Shown one piece after another: positions 48,590-59,283 of a stretch of DNA of 64,000 nt (position 1 is its first letter; every line of letters begins with the position of its first letter). Under the pieces are notes generated by a model. That model was given only the letters and a program-made list of their open reading frames with translations. It had not been told where the DNA came from and ran no database searches. The translations under genes were made by a program, and so were the position numbers. Origin of the DNA: Candidatus Doudnabacteria bacterium (lineage in GTDB: Bacteria; Patescibacteriota; Doudnabacteria; UBA920). The stretch spans positions 220,981 through 284,980 of the forward strand of contig CAWINB010000001.1 in the NCBI GenBank assembly GCA_963837465.1. Direction: 5' to 3'.

Positions 48590-49207
48590 TTACAACTCTT
48601 CGTCTTCATCCACAATAACTTTGGAGCCCGTAGTTTCGCCCATCTCCATATCCGTATGCCCGGAACCCGCGCCTTTTTTAATGACATTTTCCACGGCGGC
48701 CCAGTCGGTGGGATGGTCTTTGGGGATAACAATGGTAACCTCGTCGCCGGCTTCAGCCTTAAAATAAGTCAAGCTGGCCAGCAGAACTTTATAAGGCTTG
48801 CCTTCGGCCAGGACGCGAAAATCGCCTTTTTCATCAACCATAAGCATTCCCAGCATTTTTTGCCGCTCCACCGGGCCTATTTGTTTATAAATAAACGAGC
48901 CATCGTCGGAGATGGTCAGTTTGAGCACGTCACCCTCCACCAGTTTGGATTTGGAAGCGTAGTTGGCGGGCACGGGATATTGTTTCTTGTCCGGGCCTAT
49001 CATATTCTGGCCGTCAAATACGCCCTCAATAACCTTGCCGCCTTCGGAAACGGTCAATACCTGGGTATTGGCCGAAAGCGCGGCAAAATTGGCTTTGGCT
49101 GCCGGTCCGCCCATCATCTCCTTAAGCAACTGTTTGGCCGAGGTGATATTTTTTTCGGCCGCTTCTATCATTTGGACGGCCAAAGCTAAATTGGAAAGTT
49201 TATCCAT
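48590..49207 (-). CDS. CPR-type conserved hypothetical protein
   Basis: IEGVFDG..YPVPANYASKSKLVEGD..FIYKQIGP motif. Confidence 0.8.
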   Translation of the reverse strand: MDKLSNLALAVQMIEAAEKNITSAKQLLKEMMGGPAAKANFAALSANTQVLTVSEGGKVIEGVFDGQNMIGPDKKQYPVPANYASKSKLVEGDVLKLTISDDGSFIYKQIGPVERQKMLGMLMVDEKGDFRVLAEGKPYKVLLASLTYFKAEAGDEVTIVIPKDHPTDWAAVENVIKKGAGSGHTDMEMGETTGSKVIVDEDEEL

Positions 49208-49395
49208 AAGTATGTTTTTATTTTAATTTCAAAACGAAAAAAGCCTTAACTATGATTTATGATTATAGGTTATACGAAAAAATTTGTATTTTTGTTTCCT
49301 TCTACGCCTCCAAACTAACACTGGAAGTATAACAAAAAATTAAAAAAGCCGCAACCCGCGCGGCTGTGGCTAACTTTTGGCCTTCTTAAGCGCCA

Positions 49396-49833
49396 TTAAT
49401 TCTGGCTTAAACCCGCGAAAACCCGGCCTTTTTCCGGGGAGTTCATCAAATAGCGGCAAAACTCCGGATATTTCAGGCATAATTGCTGGATGGTCAGGCC
49501 GGGACTGGCCGCATCCTGCAAAAAGGCCGTGGAAGAGTTGATGTCGCGGGCCAGAATTTTGGAAACATAATCTTTAATTTCCGACTCATAAACTTTGATG
49601 CTGGAGGCTTGATAACCAAAATGCAGAGCTTGTTTAAGCACTGTAACTTCTTCAAAATCTTTTTCAATCTGGGTCAGCATTAAAAGCGCCTCGTCCTCGG
49701 ACTCCAAACCAGGCAGCCGCGCCACCACCCTCTTGGAAATTTCCGCGGCTCTGGCCAAAGAAATACGCCTGCTGCGGATAGCCTCAGCCAAAAATAAAGC
49801 GATAAGCTGGTTTAAATTTTGGGACTGGTCCAT
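49396..49833 (-). CDS. Hypothetical protein
   Basis: 145-aa ORF, operonic. Confidence 0.7.
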   Translation of the reverse strand: MDQSQNLNQLIALFLAEAIRSRRISLARAAEISKRVVARLPGLESEDEALLMLTQIEKDFEEVTVLKQALHFGYQASSIKVYESEIKDYVSKILARDINSSTAFLQDAASPGLTIQQLCLKYPEFCRYLMNSPEKGRVFAGLSQN

Positions 49834-49836
49834 AAA

Positions 49837-50043
49837 TTAACGATGGGATTTTCCACCACCTCTAACCCCAGGCGCAAACTCCGAAATACTTTCAATCGCC
49901 TCCCGCGATTTTTCGATCACAGGACCTATGATAGCCTCTGTAAGACCATCGGTAACGGCTCTAACCTTTCCTTCCTTATGACCTTTCGAAGAGCTAGCAC
50001 TAGAAGAATGACTAGTAGCTGCGTGTCCATGTTGCTCTGCCAT
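49837..50043 (-). CDS. Small hypothetical protein
   Basis: GGAG SD; 3 bp from the next gene. Confidence 0.55.
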   Translation of the reverse strand: MAEQHGHAATSHSSSASSSKGHKEGKVRAVTDGLTEAIIGPVIEKSREAIESISEFAPGVRGGGKSHR

Positions 50044-50334
50044 AAATTTACATCTCCTTAATTATCTTAATTTTACCAACTTGCCAAAAAAAGTAAAGCT
50101 GCAAAACCTCTCATTAACCATCCATGCCTGAAAGCACTGATAAGGGATCCCTCGGATGCACTCGGGATGGCAGATGGATGATTACTGCGCAGCAGAATGG
50201 TCAATTTTACTTAATCCTTATTAAAGTCAGCGTTTCCAAGATCGCCCATAAATGGGCACCCTGCATCCGATTCCCTGATTCATTCGACAGCCAATTTTAC
50301 TTAATTTTATTTAATTACCAAATTTTACTTAATC

Positions 50335-52893
50335 CTAAAGCCCCCTCTCAACATCCGGCAGCGCCTCGGCCATGTTTTCGGCTACTTGGCCGGCTTCCAG
50401 GATTTCTTCTTCCACTTCGGCGCGCGGACGACCGTGTTTGAGGCGGGATAACTGGCGAATGGCCTGCGCTTGCTCCTCATTGCCATTTCTTAACAGCGGG
50501 TAGGTGGCAATATTAAACGGCTTGCTGGCCGTGCCGTTTATCATTAATTTTAAGTAGGCGTTGTAGCGGTCCACATTGACCAAATCAAACTCGTTAAAAG
50601 TCGGCTTAAATTCCTTGGCCATAACCTCGCTGTCCTCGGAACCTATCCTGAAACAAACCATACTGCCGGCGTTGCCGAACACGGCGTCGCGAAGGTCTTT
50701 GGATCCCGCTCCCTGGGCGCCGGCCTGGGTTTCCAGCTGTCCCAAATATTGGTGGGCGATAATTAAATTCAGGCGGTATTTTCTGGCTTCCGAAAGGATG
50801 GATGAAAAAGCGTCCGTGATAAAGTTTTGGAACTCATCCACATAAAGATAAAAATCCGGACGTTTATCTTCTTTAACGTCGGCCCGGGCCAGCGCGGCCA
50901 TCTGCAATTTTGAAACGATAATCAAGCCCAAAAGCTTGGCGTTGATTTCGCCAACTTTGCCCTTGGCTAGGTTTATAAGCAAAATTTTGCGGCCGTCCAT
51001 AACCTCGCGGAAATTAAAAGCGGATTTTGGCTGGCCGACTATATTGCGCATCATAGCGTTTTCCACAAACCGCCCGACTTTGGAAATTAAGTAGCCAAGC
51101 ATTTCCGACTTATGGAAGTCCGACGTCTTGGCCATTTCCTTTTCCCAAAACAGCCGCACGACAGGATCTTTAAGTTTGCTGACTTTGTACTTTTGAAATT
51201 CCGTGTCCGTAAAAATTCTTGGGATATCTGTAATAGTTCCTGGATGTTCTTCGTCCGCCATCAGCGTAAGCATGGCGTTTCTCATGTTGTGCTCAAACAT
51301 CGGGCCAAGCATAGCCGGGTCGGTAACCAGTTTGTAAAAAATCTGGATCATTTCCTGCACGGCGAAATCTTTTTGTTCTTCGCTGTCCACCTGCAGCATG
51401 TTTAATCCCATGGGCCGCTCCATATCAAACGGCTCAAACAAAATTACGTCCTCGGCGCGCTCCTTGGGTATGTGCGGCAAAATATCTTCTATAAAATCCC
51501 CGTGCGGGTCTATAACGCAAAGCCCTTCGCCGTTTTTAATATCCTGTACCGACATATACTTCATAATTTCCGTCTTGCCGCTGCCGGTGCGGCCGAGAAT
51601 ATACATATGCCTTCTGCGGTCATCGCGCTGCATAAAAACTTTTGTCTCCAGTCCGCGGTAAATATTGCGGCCCAAAAGCACGCCTTCCTTGGGCAAGTTA
51701 ACCGGCGGCGGCGCTTTTTTGGATATCAGCCATTTAATGTTGGGCGTTTCTATGTAAGGCGTGGGCAGGTGCCAAAGGCTGGCCAGTTCCTCTGTGTTTA
51801 AAATGCTCTGGCTGCCGTTGTCGCGAAAAACCCGAAAAATATAATCTTTTAAGATATCATTTTTGTCCCTTTTTTTTGTATGCAAACCGTTAAACGGCGG
51901 CATATTGTATTGCAAAAAAGCGGCCAGCAAATTGCGCATATGGCTATTGGCGTTGCCGGGAATGGATGATGATGTAATAAGGCGGATGTTGGTTTTATAG
52001 CCCGGCCGGCTGGCTTTTTCTTCCAGCTTTTTTACAATTTCCTGCTGCATCGGCGTTAGCTGGATGGGCGAGGCGTAGCCGGATAAATCTTTGTGGGTAT
52101 GAGAACCCTGTTGCTGCTGGCCGCTGCCGCCAATGCCGGCCAGGCCTTTGCCCACGCCGCGCATAAAACCTATAAGCAAACGGTAAACGTGCCCCCGCTC
52201 CACCATTTCCGGATTTTTTCCCTGCTGGATTTCCAAAGCCATATGCCGCGGCCGCCCCTGCCACAATGTGCCGGCCGGACTTAATATAAACTGGATGGCC
52301 GCGCCTTCGTTCTCCTGAAGTTTGCTCATGGCATTGGTCAGGGCGCTGAGCGGGTCGGACTCCATGGTTTTGTAAGTGCGGTAAGGATAAACGTACTGCT
52401 TGTTCAGCCTGAGTTCTTCCACTTCCACTTTGCCGTCTTTTTGGAAAGGATTATAGCCGGGCACCTGCTCAATAAAGGCGTGCGGATACTGGGCCTGGAT
52501 TTGTTTTTCCACCAGCTCTTGCAGATGCTTGGGACAGTTAACATAAAAAGAAATTTTTTTCTCCGTGCAGGCGATTTCAAAACTGAAATAATCCTTGCCC
52601 AAAAGCCAGCCCTTGTTGTGGCCGGACTCCGAAAGCGTGGTAAACAATTGTTCGGCTATGGCAATCAGCGCTTTTTTTTCTTCCTCGCTTTTAGGCCGGT
52701 CATCCGTCTTATCCGGCGACCCCTCCTTAGGCATCTGGATTTCCAAAAACACCCAGTCCTGGATCCTGGGCACCACATGCTTTGTATGATATATATGCCG
52801 CTTATAATAATAAAAAAAGACAGCCGCAAAAACGACTATCAAAACCAATAAAACCAAAACCGCAATCTGAATTGAGTTTATTTCAAGGGGCAT
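50335..52893 (-). CDS. VirD4/TraG-like (HerA/FtsK superfamily) membrane ATPase
   Basis: GRTGSGKT, IDPHGD, YVDEFQNF and EARKYRL..AHQY motifs. Confidence 0.88.
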   Translation of the reverse strand: MPLEINSIQIAVLVLLVLIVVFAAVFFYYYKRHIYHTKHVVPRIQDWVFLEIQMPKEGSPDKTDDRPKSEEEKKALIAIAEQLFTTLSESGHNKGWLLGKDYFSFEIACTEKKISFYVNCPKHLQELVEKQIQAQYPHAFIEQVPGYNPFQKDGKVEVEELRLNKQYVYPYRTYKTMESDPLSALTNAMSKLQENEGAAIQFILSPAGTLWQGRPRHMALEIQQGKNPEMVERGHVYRLLIGFMRGVGKGLAGIGGSGQQQQGSHTHKDLSGYASPIQLTPMQQEIVKKLEEKASRPGYKTNIRLITSSSIPGNANSHMRNLLAAFLQYNMPPFNGLHTKKRDKNDILKDYIFRVFRDNGSQSILNTEELASLWHLPTPYIETPNIKWLISKKAPPPVNLPKEGVLLGRNIYRGLETKVFMQRDDRRRHMYILGRTGSGKTEIMKYMSVQDIKNGEGLCVIDPHGDFIEDILPHIPKERAEDVILFEPFDMERPMGLNMLQVDSEEQKDFAVQEMIQIFYKLVTDPAMLGPMFEHNMRNAMLTLMADEEHPGTITDIPRIFTDTEFQKYKVSKLKDPVVRLFWEKEMAKTSDFHKSEMLGYLISKVGRFVENAMMRNIVGQPKSAFNFREVMDGRKILLINLAKGKVGEINAKLLGLIIVSKLQMAALARADVKEDKRPDFYLYVDEFQNFITDAFSSILSEARKYRLNLIIAHQYLGQLETQAGAQGAGSKDLRDAVFGNAGSMVCFRIGSEDSEVMAKEFKPTFNEFDLVNVDRYNAYLKLMINGTASKPFNIATYPLLRNGNEEQAQAIRQLSRLKHGRPRAEVEEEILEAGQVAENMAEALPDVERGL

Positions 52894-52917
52894 TTATTTT
52901 TGTTTGTAAGGCAGCTT

Positions 52918-53304
52918 CTAATCTTGCTTGCTTTCTGATCTTTTTTTAGCCATTTCTATCATTGCCCTAGTAATGGCATCGGGGTCAGTCAGGTCCAAAT
53001 CACCGCTCATCATTTTTGTTAGCATTTCTCCACTCATTTCATTAGCTTCTAGATTCACCGCTGGAGAAACCCCATCAGAACTTGGTTTTAATTCTGGAGC
53101 AATTACCTGATGTTCTGCTGGCAATTTTCCCATGGCTTCCGCAGTTTGTTTTTTCTCCTGAAAACTGGACGATGTTTCTGGACTGTTAGTATGTTTAAGT
53201 TCAGCTAAAGCAGCTTTGTCTCCGTTTTTTGCCAACTCTAAAAGCTCTTCTTGTTTTTTAAGAAAAGCGGCTTCTGTGGGAATAGTTTGTTGTTCTTGAG
53301 CCAT
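52918..53304 (-). CDS. Hypothetical protein
   Basis: 128-aa charged ORF. Confidence 0.6.
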   Translation of the reverse strand: MAQEQQTIPTEAAFLKKQEELLELAKNGDKAALAELKHTNSPETSSSFQEKKQTAEAMGKLPAEHQVIAPELKPSSDGVSPAVNLEANEMSGEMLTKMMSGDLDLTDPDAITRAMIEMAKKRSESKQD

Positions 53305-53447
53305 AAAAAGCTATATTATTATATCATAAATACCTACATTTAACTTAATATTATAGGCCTTTTAGCCATTTTTGTCAAACAGCGACAAATCAACACCAAG
53401 ACTAAACGGCTTGTAGTTAGCCCATTTATGGGCTGTTAAGATCACTA

Positions 53448-54580
53448 TTGACCTTCGCCAATTAGCTTGAATATGGATTAATTTTGTGCTACCATGAAGG
53501 TATATGAAAAACAAACATATATCTTCAGGGTCTCGCAAACGGGATCCACAGGCGCTGGAGTCGCGCCGCAGACAAGCCATCAGGCTCCATAGCCAGGGCA
53601 AAAGCCAGTATTTTATAGCCAAAAAGCTAAAAGTCAGCTTTGAGGCGGTCAGTAACTGGGTGGAGCTCTATAAAGATGGCGGTTTAGAGGGCTTAAAAAG
53701 CAAGGGCAGGCCCGGCCCCAAGCCTCAACTGGATAATGAAGACCGGAGAAAGCTCAAAGCCGCTATCTTAAAGGGCCCCAAAGCCCTGGGTTATTCCACC
53801 GACTTATGGACACTTCAAAGGATCGGCAAGGTAATTAAAAGCATCAGTAAGGTTAACTACCACCCGGGCCATGTCTGGAAAATTCTCATCTCTTTGGGCT
53901 TTTCCTGCCAAAAGCCTGAAACCAGAGCCAAAGAACGCGATGAGTCAGCCATCAAAGCCTGGAAAGTTCAAAGCTTTCCGGCCTTAAAAAAAATGGGCTG
54001 ATAAACACCTGTATTTACTGGGCTTCCACGATGAGTCGGGAATTTCTGAAAAACCTACTGTCAGAAGAACCTGGTCTGTGGTGGGCAGGACGCCGATAAT
54101 ACAATCCACGGGCTCTTGGGCGACAATGAGCCTTTCCGGGACAATTGTTTGTACCCCTAAAGGCAATAATCCCCGGTTGTTTTTAAAAAGCCTGCCCCAT
54201 AGCGTCAAATTTCCCGATGTTATTGACTATTTAAAAGAACTGAAACGCCACTTAAAGGGTAAGAAGCTGTTGTTGTTTTGGGACGGACTATCGGCGCATA
54301 AGGCTAAAGCGACGATAGAATACCTCAAAACTCAAAAGCATTGGCTGAAGGTGGAGCGGTTTCCGGCTTACGCGCCGGAACTCAACCCGGCCGAATACCT
54401 GTGGTCCGCTATGAAGAACAAACATTTATGCAACCTGCGGCCCAAAGGCTTGCCGCTGTTAAAGGCCGCGGTTGGCAGGAGTTATCGTAAAATCAGGAAT
54501 GACAGGGAACTGTTACGGGGATTTCTGAGAGCCTCGGTACTCTATGTTTAAGACTATTCAATCTAATTGGCGAAAGTCAA
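53448..54580 (+). mobile_element. IS630-family insertion sequence
   Basis: TIRs TTGACCTTCGCCAATTAGCTTGAATA / TATTCAATCTAATTGGCGAAAGTCAA; flanked by TA on both sides. Confidence 0.93.
53504..54551 (+). CDS. IS630 transposase in two frames joined by a -1 shift at A8 (53986-53993)
   Basis: HTH ORF 53504..54001; the -1 frame reads KWADKHLYLLGFHDESG..WDGLSAH..PAYAPELNPAEYLW. Confidence 0.9.
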
Positions 54581-54719
54581 TAGTACACCTTAATTTTAAT
54601 TCTGGCTATCCAACATTTTTTGACTACCGTATATTTTTTGATTTTTAGGGATTACCTGGACGACAAAATTAAAATTATGGAGCACTAGACAGCTGATAAA
54701 TCAGCTAACTACACGCAAT

Positions 54720-55085
54720 TTATACCTTACCCTCCGCCGCCCATTTTTGTTCCAGTTTTCGGATTCCGGCTTCGTCAAAGCCAAAATGGTGGCCGATTTC
54801 GTGCCAGACTACGCGGCGGACGAGATTTGGGATGTTTGACGGGTCGCCCGCAAAGCGCTCTATAGTCCCCTTCCAAATGGTAATTTTATCCGGCAAAACC
54901 ATGCCCATGCCGTAAGACGAACCACGGTTTAACTGGGAAATTCCGTGGTACAAACCAAACAAGGAATTATTCGGCGAATCTCCGTCTTCCAAAACTATCT
55001 CAACATTACTCAGCTTCTCTTGAATCGATTCCGGCAACTCCCCCACCGCGTCGGTTATTAAATTTTCAAATTCTTCGCGTTGCAT
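54720..55085 (-). CDS. Zincin-like metallopeptidase
   Basis: LFGLYHG, PDKITIW and HEIGHHFG motifs. Confidence 0.88.
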   Translation of the reverse strand: MQREEFENLITDAVGELPESIQEKLSNVEIVLEDGDSPNNSLFGLYHGISQLNRGSSYGMGMVLPDKITIWKGTIERFAGDPSNIPNLVRRVVWHEIGHHFGFDEAGIRKLEQKWAAEGKV

Positions 55086-55086
55086 T

Positions 55087-55692
55087 TTACAATTGGTATT
55101 TATTTTCCATAATTTTCTTAAATTTTGAAAAATCCGTATAAAACTCCGCGTTAATGCCAAATTCTTTGGCCGAGTCTACTGTAGATTGCTGGTCATCCCA
55201 AGTTAAGATTTCATTTTTCAATAGTCCAGGAAAATCTTTATAAATTTCACGCCAGAACTCAGCTTCTGGCTTTAAATATCCCACGTAGCAAGAAGAATAA
55301 ATACCGTCAAGAAAATTTTTCAGCCCAACTTGATTGGCCAAATATTCGGTGCGATATTTTTCGTTATTGGTAGACAAAAAACATTTTATCCCTTGTTTTC
55401 TTAAACTTATAATATAATTTTTCATATCTTCGTCTATCTCCGCCTCCCCTTCAAACCAAAACTCCATCAAATCATCGACCGTCTCCTTCCATCCCCAAGT
55501 CTCCAAACGCTTGGAAAGTTCTTGTTTTAAATCAGCTTTTCCTGTCTCACACCGCAAAAATTCATTTTGGAAAAACGATTTCTCTCCATCAGCATCAGTA
55601 TTAATCCCCTTTTGATCCCTGAGCCGCTGGCTGAAATATTTTGTATGTTTGATAATAAGGCCGTCGCAATCAAACAAAATTACTTTGATCAT
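55087..55692 (-). CDS. HAD-superfamily hydrolase
   Basis: FDCDG, KP and WDD motifs. Confidence 0.88.
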   Translation of the reverse strand: MIKVILFDCDGLIIKHTKYFSQRLRDQKGINTDADGEKSFFQNEFLRCETGKADLKQELSKRLETWGWKETVDDLMEFWFEGEAEIDEDMKNYIISLRKQGIKCFLSTNNEKYRTEYLANQVGLKNFLDGIYSSCYVGYLKPEAEFWREIYKDFPGLLKNEILTWDDQQSTVDSAKEFGINAEFYTDFSKFKKIMENKYQL

Positions 55693-56226
55693 TTATAGTA
55701 AATTTAAATAATCCATCGCCAAATAACTTGAAGCTACGCTCGCGGAATCTGTAAAGTCAGTAGACTTTAAATATTTACGATAAGCTTTAAGAGGAAGCAA
55801 GACGGGCTCAAGAAATTCATTAAGATCAGGTTTTAGATTGCCGCCTTTTACGCAATTTTTTGCCAAAAAATTGTAACGAATCGATTTACTGTAAGCAGAA
55901 TTGATTTTTTTGCCAATAAAAATCAATTCGCCTATATAGCCAGTTTCTTCCGCCAACTCCCTTAAAGCCGCGCGGCCCACAGTTTCATTTTTTTCCACGC
56001 CGCCCGCGGGCAATTCCAAGGTTACTTTTTGGGGACCGGGACGGAATTGCTTGACTAAAATTATTTTATTGTCTTTAGTTAAAGGAAAAATGCTTACTAT
56101 TTTGTGACCGCCGCTAATATCGTAATGAGCCAATCTACGATCGGGAAGCTTAAAAGTAACTTTAGTCAGTTTCCTAAAATTAGTCTTATAAGGTTGCTCT
56201 TTGATTTTAATCCATTTTTTAATCAT
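55693..56226 (-). CDS. NUDIX hydrolase (ADP-ribose pyrophosphatase-like)
   Basis: ELPAGGVE..AALRELAEETGY motif. Confidence 0.9.
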   Translation of the reverse strand: MIKKWIKIKEQPYKTNFRKLTKVTFKLPDRRLAHYDISGGHKIVSIFPLTKDNKIILVKQFRPGPQKVTLELPAGGVEKNETVGRAALRELAEETGYIGELIFIGKKINSAYSKSIRYNFLAKNCVKGGNLKPDLNEFLEPVLLPLKAYRKYLKSTDFTDSASVASSYLAMDYLNLL

Positions 56227-56378
56227 AAAAACCCGCCAATATTATGGCAGGTTTTTATACTAAACGCCAGACGCTATCCCCTAAACGCTATTATCCGCCT
56301 TCGCTAAAGCTTCCAATTTCGCCAAGGCTACATCGGACAAGTCGGCGGATGACCGCTATAATTTTAAATTAAAGTTGG

Positions 56379-57659
56379 TCAAAATCCCTCATAATCATGC
56401 ATCGTCAACTGCGCTTCCACTTTTTTAATTACCTCTATAACCACCGAAACGACAATCAGCAAAGATGTGCCGCCAAAGGTTAGGGAGGTGGTGCCGGTGT
56501 AGTTTTGCAGGACCAGGGGCAGAACCGCGATGACGGCTAAAAAGAAAGCGCCGGCCAGGGTGATGCGGTTTAGAACCATATTCAGGAAATCGGCAGTTTG
56601 GGCGCCGGGGCGCAGGCCGGGCACAAAGCCGCCGTTTTTTTGCACGTTCTCGGCAATTTCCTCGGGATTAAAAACCACGGCCGTGTAAAAATAAGTAAAG
56701 GCCATAATCAAAATAAAATAGCAGACTCCGTAAAACAAACCCTGGTTATTGAACAAGGCGATGGTTTTTTGCGCCAAACTGGCTAAAACATGGGAACGAG
56801 CATTGATAAAAAACTGCGAAATCATGGCCGGGAACAGCATTACGGAAATGGCAAAAATAATCGGGATAACCCCGGCTTGGTTAAGCCTTAACGGCAGGTG
56901 GGTATCCACTCCGCCGAACAGTTTATTGCCGCGCACTCTTTTGGCGTAAGCAATCGGGATGTTCCTTTGCGCTTCCGTTACCAGCACCACGCCGGCAATG
57001 ACAATCAAAAACACACCAATAAAAGCCAGCACAATCGGCAATTTGCTCGGATCGTACCAACTCGTTAAAAAATCCGCGTTGGCCGGCAATCTGGCCACAA
57101 TCCCGGCAAAGATGATTAGGGACACGCCGTTGCCGATATCAAATTCGGAAATAATTTCGCCAATCCACATAAGCAGCATAGTGCCGGCGGTAATGGACAG
57201 TAAAACCGTAAACCACTGGAACGGGCTAAAGTTACCCAGCACGCTGGCGCCGCCCTGGCTTTGCAGCAGGCGGATGGTGCCAAAACCCTGCAGCGGCGCC
57301 AAAACAATGGTCATCCAGCGGGTGTACTGGTTAATTTGCGCGCGTCCGGCCTCGCCGCCTTCCTTGGAAAGTTCGGCCAGGGAAGGAATGACAATGGTCA
57401 GCAGCTGCATAATGATGGTGGATGTAATGTAAGGGCCCACGCCAAGCATGGCAATGGAAAAACTGGTTAGGCCGCCGCCGGAAAAAATATCCAGCAGGTT
57501 AAAAAACTGGCTCTGCTGCAAATAATTTTTAAGGCCGCTTACGTCTATGCCGGCAATGGGAATGTGGGCCAAAATTCTGGTGAACAGCAAAAGCGCCAGC
57601 ACAATAAAAATTTTATTGCGCAAATCTTTTGTCTTCCAAATTAGCGATAATTTATTCAT
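56379..57659 (-). CDS. secY: Preprotein translocase SecY
   Basis: LGVGPYIT, GNGVSLIIF, PGLRPG and GGTSLLI motifs. Confidence 0.98.
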   Translation of the reverse strand: MNKLSLIWKTKDLRNKIFIVLALLLFTRILAHIPIAGIDVSGLKNYLQQSQFFNLLDIFSGGGLTSFSIAMLGVGPYITSTIIMQLLTIVIPSLAELSKEGGEAGRAQINQYTRWMTIVLAPLQGFGTIRLLQSQGGASVLGNFSPFQWFTVLLSITAGTMLLMWIGEIISEFDIGNGVSLIIFAGIVARLPANADFLTSWYDPSKLPIVLAFIGVFLIVIAGVVLVTEAQRNIPIAYAKRVRGNKLFGGVDTHLPLRLNQAGVIPIIFAISVMLFPAMISQFFINARSHVLASLAQKTIALFNNQGLFYGVCYFILIMAFTYFYTAVVFNPEEIAENVQKNGGFVPGLRPGAQTADFLNMVLNRITLAGAFFLAVIAVLPLVLQNYTGTTSLTFGGTSLLIVVSVVIEVIKKVEAQLTMHDYEGF

Positions 57660-57711
57660 TTGTTATTCATCCCGATATGAAAAAATAAATAAGGTTTGTC
57701 TGACAAAAGAT

Positions 57712-58146
57712 TTATAACACCTTGCCACCGGCTTTCTCAATTGCTTCTTTAACGGATTTTGAGGCCGGTAACTTTATATTGAGTTTCTTTTTTATTTCCC
57801 CGCCCAAAATTTTGACTTTGGAGGTTTTATTGTCCACCAAACCTTTGGCTATTAAAGCAGCCAAAGTTACCGTGGCACCGTCGTCAAAAGCGCTGAGCTT
57901 GCTTAGGGAAATTACCGCTGGCTTGGCGTTTAAGGCCCTAAAACCCCGCAATTTCGGCAATTGGCGGACCAGAGGCTGGCGGCCGCCTTCAAAATTAGCC
58001 GGCATTTTGCTGTGGCCGGTTCGGGCAGTTTGTCCTTTGCCGCCGCGTGTGGAATAAGTACCATGGCCGCTGCCAAGACCGCGTCCGACAACTTTTTTGC
58101 GGCGGGTGGATTTGGGATGTTTTGTGAGTTGGTGGAGTTTGATCAT
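57712..58146 (-). CDS. rplO: 50S ribosomal protein L15
   Basis: VGRGLGSG and FEGGRQPL motifs. Confidence 0.96.
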   Translation of the reverse strand: MIKLHQLTKHPKSTRRKKVVGRGLGSGHGTYSTRGGKGQTARTGHSKMPANFEGGRQPLVRQLPKLRGFRALNAKPAVISLSKLSAFDDGATVTLAALIAKGLVDNKTSKVKILGGEIKKKLNIKLPASKSVKEAIEKAGGKVL

Positions 58147-58227
58147 ATTTGGGAATGAATTATGAAGCATGAATTAGGATTTATGACATGGGCGCATCCC
58201 TAATTCATAATTCCGGATTCCTAATTC

Positions 58228-58731
58228 CTATTTGCGCATCTGAGAAAGTGTTTCCTTACTCTTCATCATTTTAAACGCGGCAAAAACCGCTTTGACATTG
58301 TTGACTTTATTGTTGCTGCCAAGCATTTTGGAAACAACATTTTTGACTCCCGACAGCTCCATAACGCTGCGCACCGCGCCGCCGGCAATAACACCGGTAC
58401 CGGGCTTGGCCGGCTTAAGCATCAAACTGGAAGACTTGTACTTTATTTTAAGTTCGTGGGGAATGGTGCCGTTAATTAAAGGCAGCTGGATTAAATTCTT
58501 TTTGGCCTGGTTGACAGCTTTGTTGACGCTCTCGGAAACATCCGCGCCTTTTTTTAAGCCCATACCAACCTTGCCTTTGTGGTCGCCAATAACAACCAGC
58601 GCCCTAAAGCGCATTCTTTTACCGCCGGCCGTGACACGCGTAACGCGTTTAACCTCCACGACTTTTTGGTCGAATTCAGACCTTTCGCGTTCGCCTTCAC
58701 CGCCCCTTGATTGTCTTCGTCTTTTTTCCAT
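58228..58731 (-). CDS. rpsE: 30S ribosomal protein S5
   Basis: RVTRVTAGGK and GTGVIAGG motifs. Confidence 0.97.
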   Translation of the reverse strand: MEKRRRQSRGGEGERERSEFDQKVVEVKRVTRVTAGGKRMRFRALVVIGDHKGKVGMGLKKGADVSESVNKAVNQAKKNLIQLPLINGTIPHELKIKYKSSSLMLKPAKPGTGVIAGGAVRSVMELSGVKNVVSKMLGSNNKVNNVKAVFAAFKMMKSKETLSQMRK

Positions 58732-58851
58732 AAATGTATCGAATCTACGAATTTAAACGAATCCACGAATACCTACGAATCCGTGAATCGACGAATTCGT
58801 AAATTCGTTGTCATTCGTTGATTCGTCCCATTCGTAAATTCGATTTATTAA

Positions 58852-59205
58852 TTAAAACTCCAAACCGCCTTCTCTTGCGCCTTCGGCCAAAGCTTTTACT
58901 CTTCCGTGATAAGCAAAACCGCCGCGGTCGAATTTAACGGCTTTAATCTTTTTATCCAAAGCTTTGACAGCCATCAATTTGCCGACTTCTTTGGCAGTAT
59001 CGCTTTTTTTACCCTTGGTCTTTATCTCGCTGCTGGAAACAGCCGCCAAAGTTTTACCCGCTGTATCATCTATCAACTGGGCGTAAATATGTTTATTGGC
59101 GCGGAATACCGAAAGGCGCGGCCTGTCCGCGGATCCCGAAACCCTGGATCTCACGCGGCTGTGGCGGATAGAGCGTTTAAAATTTTTCTGCTTGTTCTTG
59201 TTCAT
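58852..59205 (-). CDS. rplR: 50S ribosomal protein L18
   Basis: RPRLSVFR and [12 protein letters not shown] motifs. Confidence 0.97.
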   Translation of the reverse strand: MNKNKQKNFKRSIRHSRVRSRVSGSADRPRLSVFRANKHIYAQLIDDTAGKTLAAVSSSEIKTKGKKSDTAKEVGKLMAVKALDKKIKAVKFDRGGFAYHGRVKALAEGAREGGLEF

Positions 59206-59283
59206 ATAATAGGGGTTAGGGGTTAGCGTTTAGGGGTTAGATGGGCCCGTCCAGACCCTAATCCCTATACGCTATCCGCTTGT

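Noticed and set aside
50335-52893. Conjugative element
   Set aside because: It is a lone VirD4-like ATPase with no relaxase, VirB4 or integrase nearby; this is typical of CPR chromosomes.
58147-58227. Missing rpmD (L30) as a novelty
   Set aside because: Loss of L30 is an established CPR trait; it is used here only as a taxonomic hint.
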